Positions 57,350 through 64,000 of a DNA stretch of 64,000 nt are shown here, piece by piece (the stretch's first letter is position 1; each line of letters begins with the position of its first letter). The DNA lies in contig OZ243928.1 of the NCBI GenBank assembly GCA_965213865.1, positions 1,791,384 to 1,855,383 on the forward strand, written 5' to 3'. The DNA is from Arenicellales bacterium (lineage in GTDB: Bacteria > Pseudomonadota > Gammaproteobacteria > Arenicellales > JAJDZL01). A model generated the notes under the pieces. That model did no database searches. It was given only the letters and a program-made list of their open reading frames with translations, and was not told the DNA's origin. The translations under genes and the position numbers were made by a program.

Positions 57350-58000
57350 CTCAAGCTGAGACACTATCCAGCAATCGGTTCGACGATTACTGGCACGATC
57401 GGGCCAGCCTGGCCTGATTCTGCCAATAATTTGACGCGCACCTTCCGAAATTAGGTTGTCAAAACTTGGCGGCAGTCGGCTTGGATCGCCGCAGCTGCTG
57501 GTAACAATGATGCTTTCCTCAAGCTGAGTGTCGGCAACTGTATTTGCAGCGTCAGCACCTGCTGGATTCGTTGCTGGCATCGATTCAGGGCGAGTGCCAT
57601 CCTTGCGGGCCCCGGAACCTGTCAGAATATCAATGGAAGGCCGCCGCCGGCTTGCGTCAGACCCGCGCACTTTTGCGAATCGATCGCTGCGCCGCGGCGA
57701 TCTCACGGCGCCGGCTGCGCCTGATCCTCAGCTGTCCGCTGCCATGCAGGGCACACCACCTGGCCGGCACTCGCATACAGCCGATGGCGGAGGGCCAGCG
57801 CCCGCGAGCTTTTCCACTTCGGCGGCGGCACATTGATCTGTGCACTGGTCTCGATCAGTTGTCGAGCCTGATCAATGCCTGACTCCAGACATTTTGCATC
57901 GCGATACAAATACAGCAGTCCGCGTTGATGCTGCTCATATTCGATCCCAGTCTCTTCGGTCGGCCATTGCAGCCGCTGCACTGGAATTGCGATGCGCATT
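57350..58000 (-). pseudogene. Possible decayed D-amino acid dehydrogenase (DadA-like) remnant
   Basis: ETGIEYEQHQRGLLYLYRD resembles the DadA central region; no intact ORF; lies downstream of ridA. Confidence 0.35.
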
Positions 58001-58041
58001 TTCTACAGGTTCGGCCAGTTGTCCGGATGCCGCTTGCCGCT

Positions 58042-58392
58042 TCAATTGATTGCTGCGATAACACTGATTTCGACAGTAAATTCCGGCACCGCCAATTTCG
58101 ACTCTACACAGGCGCGTGCCGGCTGATTTCCTGGCGAGACCCAGGCATCCCAGACTTTGTTCATCTCGTCAAAAGTGCCAATGTCGGCAAGCCAGATGGT
58201 CGCTGAAAGCAAACGCGACTTGTCGGTGCCCGCCTGGACCAGGTAACGGTCGATACGAGCAAGAATATTTTGTGTCTGAGCTGTCACGCTCTGGCCGGCA
58301 GCGTCTGCTGCGACCTGACCGGCCAGATACACGGTATGGCCGTGAATTACAGCTTGACTCATTCTTGCATTGGTGTCAATACGCTCAATCAT
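58042..58392 (-). CDS. RidA/YjgF family protein
   Basis: RMSQAV, VYLAGQV, FDEMNKVWDAW, PARACV and VEI. Confidence 0.9.
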   Translation of the reverse strand: MIERIDTNARMSQAVIHGHTVYLAGQVAADAAGQSVTAQTQNILARIDRYLVQAGTDKSRLLSATIWLADIGTFDEMNKVWDAWVSPGNQPARACVESKLAVPEFTVEISVIAAIN

Positions 58393-58576
58393 GACTTCAG
58401 ACTCTCCTGGGTTTGTCAATGGCGGGTGAATGGAATGCCGTTCGATAGTTGATTCGACAGCTTGAAATCGACTGATTCACTTGCGCGACCTGATGCTTGG
58501 TATATTATGCAGCGGCGCTGCGATTGGAGTGCATTGCGTAGATTTGCCACGGCAGTCAGTTCTGGCTCGCAGTCTG

Positions 58577-59653
58577 TCACTGCTGGCCGAGCCAGCGGCT
58601 GAACCAGCGGTCTCGAAGGTCTTCGGTCTGTGCATACCACAGACTGTTCATTCGCAATGCTCCTGCTGAGGCGGAGGACGGCATGTAGGACCGCATGGAT
58701 ATGGCAGCTTCGGAGTGCAAGCCAATACGGGTGATGGCAGACGAGCGTGTGGGTGCGTACGGAATCAGGTTGCCCATGGCGGCCATGCTTTCAGAACGGG
58801 TGGCAAAGCGGATGAATTCTCGAGCCGCCTCCTGATTGGATGCCGTTTTGGGAATGACCCAGACGCCGAATTCCAGCAGCTGGCCATCACGGATGACTGA
58901 AATCGGAATGTCGTCGTTGACACGGGCATTGAAAAACACCCCGTTGTAGCCAGAGGCCATGACTACCTCGCCGCTTTGCAGCATCTCAGCCGGCTGGGCA
59001 CTGTCTTCCCACCACACGATAGAGTCCCGAATCTCGTTGAGCCGGCGTGAAACCAGTCTCAAGCCCCGCTCAGTGCTCAGCGAATCATAAATTTGCCCCG
59101 GCGGGAAGTTGTAGGAAAGCAGCGCCCATTCCAGAAGGCCGCGCGGGGCCTTGTGCAAGGCACGCTTGCCCGGAAATCGCTCCAAGTCAAAAAAGTCTTG
59201 CACCGAGCTGGGTTTTTCATCGCTGAAGTGTCGGTCATTGTAAGCTAAGACGGTCGCAATTTCCAAATGTGCGATGCCGCATCGGAGAATGGACTCGGGA
59301 ATAAAATCATCAAGCGCGGGAGTTGTATCCGGCGCATCGGCCAGCCAATGCTGTGCTGCCCTATCCAGCCTCTCCAGCAGCCCTTCGTCACAGGCTGCCA
59401 ATGCCTCAAATTCGGCCATGTCGACCACATCAAACGCAGTCGGGCTCTGAAGCGGCGAGATCCCGCCGCTGTAGTTTTTCAGCTGCACCTCCAGTCCGCT
59501 CAGCTGGCGAAATGGATCAATGTAGGCGATGCGCTGGGCATTTGCGTAGGAACCGCCCCAGTCTGAGATAATCAAAGTTCCGGAATCAGCGGCTCCAGCA
59601 GGCCCCGCTGCGATCAGCACAGCCAGGCAAGCAGCAAGTCTAGATGGATTCAT
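58577..59653 (-). CDS. ABC transporter substrate-binding protein (polyamine PotD/PotF-like)
   Basis: Signal peptide, WGGSY, DFFDLERFPGKR, SGEVVM and WVIPK. Confidence 0.85.
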   Translation of the reverse strand: MNPSRLAACLAVLIAAGPAGAADSGTLIISDWGGSYANAQRIAYIDPFRQLSGLEVQLKNYSGGISPLQSPTAFDVVDMAEFEALAACDEGLLERLDRAAQHWLADAPDTTPALDDFIPESILRCGIAHLEIATVLAYNDRHFSDEKPSSVQDFFDLERFPGKRALHKAPRGLLEWALLSYNFPPGQIYDSLSTERGLRLVSRRLNEIRDSIVWWEDSAQPAEMLQSGEVVMASGYNGVFFNARVNDDIPISVIRDGQLLEFGVWVIPKTASNQEAAREFIRFATRSESMAAMGNLIPYAPTRSSAITRIGLHSEAAISMRSYMPSSASAGALRMNSLWYAQTEDLRDRWFSRWLGQQ

Positions 59654-61385
59654 GCTCTTCGCGACGCAGTCGCTCAATGGTTCGCAGGTATGAGTTGATC
59701 ACATCGTAGTCCCAGACCACGCCGAGGACTTTATTGCTGTCGGCCGATACCACCGGCACCAGATCAACAATAGTCATGCGAAACGCGGCCACTGCTTCGT
59801 CGACGTTGGTGAATTCGGTAAAAACAAGCGGATTGCGATCGACCACAGCGCTGACTGGTGCGGCTGCATCGTGGGACTCACAGGCAGGCAGCGATACGAC
59901 ACCGACGAAAGTATTGTTTTGCCGCGCAACGACACCCTCTTTGAAGCCGCTTGCGGACAGCTGCTTGATCACATCTTCGATTCGGTCCTCAGGACGAAAA
60001 CAAAGGTAGTGATTATGCATGATTCGGGTAATTTTTTGATAAGCGGTCAGTGCGGTGATGCGTCCCAGAGACAGATCAAAACCACGCATCCCCAGCTGCA
60101 CATCATACAGCGACTGTCCCAGCAGTCGGCTTGATACCCAGTTTGAGAACGCAACCGCCACCATCGCCGCAATAGCCAGATCGTAATTGTGGGTGATTTC
60201 AAAAACGATCAGAATGGTGGTGACTGGCGCGCCGATCACTGCGCTGGCAGTCGCCATCATGCCGCAAATCGCATACGGTACAACGCCTGAATTGGCGATT
60301 GTGGTGGTGTCGTCAAGCAGATCGCCGCACAAGGCGCCGAATAAGATGCCGATGAGCAGAATCGGGCTGAAGGCGCCGCCGACAAAGCCAAATCCGATAC
60401 ACAGAATTGTCAGCGTGAGCTTGGCAATGATGATGATGGCAAGCTCATTGATGCCAAAGGCATGATCAATGGTTGCGAAGCGCAGTGTGGTGCTGCCGAT
60501 TCCGAGCACATCCGGCACCCAGATCGCCACCACCGCCACGACAAAACCGGCGATCGCTGGACGCAGCTGAACTGGAATTGGGGTACGATCGGCGAAATCA
60601 CTGAAGCTGACAATGCCTTTGCAGTACACAATGGCAATGAACGCGCTCAAAATGCCGACGATGGCGAAGAAGATAAACTCGTAACCGTACTCAATACCGC
60701 CGAACTGAACCAGAAACAAGGGCGCTCGGTCGAAAATCACATTGGCAAAGATAAAGCCGATCGCAGTTGCAATGGCGGTCGGCGCGAAGGCTTTGATTGA
60801 GTAATGGCGCAAGACAACCTCATGTGCGAAGATCAAGCCTGCAATCGGGGCGTTGAATGCTGCGGAAATCGCAGCTGCGACCCCGCAGGATACGCATATC
60901 GCCTGCAAGTTGCGAATATCGATGCGGAGCCGGGCCGCAATCTGTCCGATCAGCGTGCCGAGATAGACCAGCGGCCCATACTGGCCGACAGATGCGCCAA
61001 CGCCGAGTGAAAGAATCGCGGCCAGTGTGTTGGCAATGCCGCTGCCGATGGGTTCCCCCCGACTTTGGGTTTGCACCATGAGTACGGTATCGGGCGGCCC
61101 CAGTGTGCGTTTGGCTTCGATCAAATAGCGCACAATCAGTCCGACCAGCAATCCGCCAAGGGTCAGAACGACGATCGTGACGGCATTGAGGACCAGCGGA
61201 TTTTCTGCAAATCTTATTCTTTGATTAGGCGCAATCAAAAATTGCTGGTTCATCCAGGCAACGGCATCCAGAAACAGCAGGGCCGCAATGGATACAGCTG
61301 TTCCGATAAAGCATCCCAGCACCGTCAGGACGGAAATTCTGTAGACGATTTCGTTGAACGTGTGCTGACGAATTGATGCGGCCAT
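59640..61385 (-). CDS. ClC chloride channel family protein with CBS domains
   Basis: GASVGQYGP (gating Glu replaced by Tyr), AFNAPIAG, GGAFSP and C-terminal CBS pair. Confidence 0.85.
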   Translation of the reverse strand: MAASIRQHTFNEIVYRISVLTVLGCFIGTAVSIAALLFLDAVAWMNQQFLIAPNQRIRFAENPLVLNAVTIVVLTLGGLLVGLIVRYLIEAKRTLGPPDTVLMVQTQSRGEPIGSGIANTLAAILSLGVGASVGQYGPLVYLGTLIGQIAARLRIDIRNLQAICVSCGVAAAISAAFNAPIAGLIFAHEVVLRHYSIKAFAPTAIATAIGFIFANVIFDRAPLFLVQFGGIEYGYEFIFFAIVGILSAFIAIVYCKGIVSFSDFADRTPIPVQLRPAIAGFVVAVVAIWVPDVLGIGSTTLRFATIDHAFGINELAIIIIAKLTLTILCIGFGFVGGAFSPILLIGILFGALCGDLLDDTTTIANSGVVPYAICGMMATASAVIGAPVTTILIVFEITHNYDLAIAAMVAVAFSNWVSSRLLGQSLYDVQLGMRGFDLSLGRITALTAYQKITRIMHNHYLCFRPEDRIEDVIKQLSASGFKEGVVARQNNTFVGVVSLPACESHDAAAPVSAVVDRNPLVFTEFTNVDEAVAAFRMTIVDLVPVVSADSNKVLGVVWDYDVINSYLRTIERLRREEHESI

Positions 61386-61415
61386 CGTCTGTTCCGCTAG
61401 TTGGGCGCTGGCAGG

Positions 61416-61763
61416 CTAGAGAATATCCGTCACGCATTCGGGCGGACGCCCGATCACGGCTTTCCCATTTGCGAGAACGATCGGCCGCTCGATCAGAATT
61501 GGATGCTGAATCATTTGCTCAATAAGGTGTTTATCGGACAGTTCAGAGCGATCCAGGCGCTGATCTCGGTAAGGGGGCTCATTCTTGCGCATCAGGTCGC
61601 GCGGCGACATTTGCAGCAATGCAAGAATGGCTTGCATTTGGGTGTACGTCGGCGGTGCCTCCAAATATTCGATCACCGCAATGTCGTCGCTTTGGCTGCG
61701 CAGAATTTGCAGAGTTTGCCTCGACTTGGAGCACCGCGGATTGTGATAGATCTTGATGGTCAT
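61416..61763 (-). CDS. arsC: Arsenate reductase (glutaredoxin type) / ArsC family
   Basis: IYHNPRCSKSR, ILIERPIV and IGRPPE. Confidence 0.85.
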   Translation of the reverse strand: MTIKIYHNPRCSKSRQTLQILRSQSDDIAVIEYLEAPPTYTQMQAILALLQMSPRDLMRKNEPPYRDQRLDRSELSDKHLIEQMIQHPILIERPIVLANGKAVIGRPPECVTDIL

Positions 61764-62229
61764 GGCGCACCGTTTGTTTTTAGTCTCCATGTTACCTCAT
61801 AGCCAGACTTATTGAATGAGAGATTGCGGCATCTTTGGCACTGGATGAATTGCACCGGCAGCCTGCCAGCCGCTGTGCGAGCGGCCCGCGACCGGTCCGC
61901 ATCAGCAATAGCGCTTGAGCAGGGCGGTCCAGCCAAGATGCGACAGCTCCTTGTGCTTCGGTGAGCTTCCAAATGCAGTCGAATTGATGATTGGCCGCCG
62001 AAATCAAATCGCCTTGCGTATTGGGCTGTGCGCCGATGGGCGCGGCGTGTGTCTAAGTCAGGTCAACTCGACCCTGGTGCATTGAGATGCAGCGTCCTTC
62101 TTTCGATGAACTGCCTTGTTTCGGGCGGCGCATGCAAGGGTCAGCTTGATGACAATCGATCAAATTCGGAGGCATGCTGGTCCGCAACTTCTTCTAACGC
62201 CATGCATATGCCCCGCACTCCGGAGCGGA

Positions 62230-62661
62230 TCACCCGCTGACTGGGATAACGAAAAACTGAATGATGGCGACAATAAAACCCGATTGAGCAAGCAAGGCTC
62301 CGACCCCCCATTTGATCAGGTCCGATTTGGTTTTCTCAATTTTCGCCTCAAGCCTGGAAAATTCCGCTTTTGTCTCTTGGCGCAGCAGCTCGATTTCTGT
62401 TTTGGTGTCCTTGCGCAGCGACTCGATTTCTGTTTTGGTGTCCTTGCGCAGCGACTCGATTTCTGCACGAGTCTTCTCAATTTCTGCATGAATCTCGGCA
62501 AGTTCTACGCGGATTTCGGCGATATCAGCCTTATTCGCAAGATTTGCATTGAGAATCGCTACCTGCTCGGCGGCAAGGGTCTCCGCCTGCTTCTCGCTGA
62601 AACCGGCTTGCGTCAGACGCTTGACGTAGCGGTGCGTGTCAAAGGCAATGGCTTCATTCAT
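62230..62661 (-). CDS. DUF1640/CCDC90-like coiled-coil protein with C-terminal membrane anchor
   Basis: FDTHRYVKRL..AGF...QAE head, coiled-coil stalk and LIKW+TM tail. Confidence 0.85.
   Translation of the reverse strand: MNEAIAFDTHRYVKRLTQAGFSEKQAETLAAEQVAILNANLANKADIAEIRVELAEIHAEIEKTRAEIESLRKDTKTEIESLRKDTKTEIELLRQETKAEFSRLEAKIEKTKSDLIKWGVGALLAQSGFIVAIIQFFVIPVSG
62389..62465. repeat. 33-bp tandem repeat (about 2.3 copies) in the DUF1640 stalk
   Basis: CTCGATTTCTGTTTTGGTGTCCTTGCGCAGCGA x2 plus a partial copy; encodes an 11-aa unit (EIESLRKDTKT). Confidence 0.95.
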
Positions 62662-63041
62662 AGGTCAAAATCAAAACATGACAAAAGACTTCTGTTGCAG
62701 GGGCCGGGCATAATGACCGATGATTGTGCCGTGCGCCGCATTGCGGTCTTTATTTTGGATCGTTGCAGATTCCTCTCAATGGTACATTATCTTGCGGCGA
62801 GTTGAGCAACAGTTTGCGGTGGGAAATCTATAGCTGCCTGCCGGAGCAAATGACAGGATCGGTTTCGTACCGTCGACTCAATGGCATAAGGCTGTGTGAG
62901 CCGAGAGTGCTCGCTTTGCATGCACCGAGCTAATCCAGGCCTATCGGCTGCCGATAAAGCCGTACTTGATCTTGCCGGCGACGATTTCCAAAAGACAGAT
63001 CAATGCAGATGGCTTGTGTGGAGTTGATTCGCGGGGGGGGG

Positions 63042-64000
63042 TCAGTAGAGCGATGCTTCCCCTGCGGGTCGGGATTTGAATCTGCGGTGCAGCCAGAAGT
63101 ACTGCGATGGCGATTGGCGTACCAGCTGCTCGATGGTTTGGTTCAGTCGGCAGGCATCTGCATGCGGATCGCCTGAGACAAAATCATCTGGCAGCTCAAT
63201 AATGTGGGTATCATAGCCTGAGCCTTCGGCTCGCATAATTGAATAGCAAACAAAAACATGTGCATTGCTGAATTTCGCAAAGCGCGTCAGGGAAGTGTAG
63301 GTGGCGGCTGGCGTACCGAAAAAAGGCGCGAACACACGGTGCTCCCTGCGGCCTGCATTTTGGTCCGGCAGGTAGAAAAAAGGCGTGTTTTGCCGCAAGG
63401 CGCGGTAAAACGGCCGCATGCTGCCTCGGGCTGAGATCATATTGATGGACTGCTGCGTTCGCTTGCGGTAAATCCAGTTCAGCCAAGTGATGGAGCTTGG
63501 CTGGCCATTGAGAGCACATTTGTATCCGGCATCAAAGATCGGATTGACCGGCGGCTCGTACATGGCCACCACCGGCGTGAGCAGCCCGACAGCGCGCAAG
63601 GTCAGCATCGGCGCTACAAAGTGCGGGCACAGAAGAATCACCGGCTTGGCTGCAGCCAGATGGTCAACCAGCGCTTGTTTGCCATGCCATCGGACCGCAG
63701 CATCAATGCGATCATCGGTTGAAAACAGCGCAAAGCCCCAGCTGAACACACCTCGACCGGCACAGGCAAACACGTCTTTGGCAAGTTGCCTGCGCCGCTT
63801 GCTGCTTTGCTCTGGAAAACACAATTCAAGATTGCGCTCGACAATGCTGCGCCGCGATTTGTGCAAGCAGTAAAGAATGGATCCGACTGCACTGCCAGCG
63901 GCGAATCGAGCCTTCGCTGGCAGCCGCGCAATGCCCAGCCACAGCAGCGATCCAAGCAGTCCGCTGAGATGCTGCTTCAGGCCAGGCCTAATAGATTGAG
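63042..64000 (-). CDS. Lipid A late acyltransferase (LpxL/HtrB family), 5' end beyond the window
   Basis: RNLELCFP, PHF, YLPDQ, FAPFFG and PSQYFWLHRRFK; frame stays open to position 63998. Confidence 0.85.
   Translation of the reverse strand, partial: QSIRPGLKQHLSGLLGSLLWLGIARLPAKARFAAGSAVGSILYCLHKSRRSIVERNLELCFPEQSSKRRRQLAKDVFACAGRGVFSWGFALFSTDDRIDAAVRWHGKQALVDHLAAAKPVILLCPHFVAPMLTLRAVGLLTPVVAMYEPPVNPIFDAGYKCALNGQPSSITWLNWIYRKRTQQSINMISARGSMRPFYRALRQNTPFFYLPDQNAGRREHRVFAPFFGTPAATYTSLTRFAKFSNAHVFVCYSIMRAEGSGYDTHIIELPDDFVSGDPHADACRLNQTIEQLVRQSPSQYFWLHRRFKSRPAGEASLY

Noticed and set aside
62389-62465. Direct repeats as a CRISPR array
   Set aside because: Repeats are contiguous with no spacers and in frame within a CDS; no cas genes.
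63638-63955. Apparent frameshift at the 5' end of the lpxL-like gene
   Set aside because: The real frame is open to the window edge; the alternative ORF is a shadow.

Overview
64-kb segment of a proteobacterial chromosome (gene content suggests a marine, possibly host-associated gammaproteobacterium; this is inference). Housekeeping and catabolic genes include metF, glycerate kinase, a glutamine-synthetase-like gene with mgsABC-like partners, meaB, gloB, metC, an isolated nuoN, tRNA-fMet, avtA, prc, larCEB, a carnitine/CoA cluster, ppk2, ClC and an lpxL-like gene. They are interspersed with accessory DNA: a PHP-ABC-ATPase plus AlbA_2 defence-like pair, an arsenic cassette, and a type III R-M locus broken by an IS5-family element. 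The main signal, which the ORF track misses, is three dispersed genes for secreted Cys-containing proteins (14744+, 20187-, 56444+). All three carry the identical 15-mer TTCA-C9-TC within the first ~13 codons of their signal peptide, and all three are out of frame at that tract. Two are paralogues with a conserved 6-Cys scaffold and an AT-richer variable core. A TupA-type ATP-grasp gene is split at a near-identical G9 tract. This looks like a shared homopolymer ON/OFF switch module, but a homopolymer sequencing or assembly artefact has to be excluded. All calls come from reading the sequence; no database searches were run.
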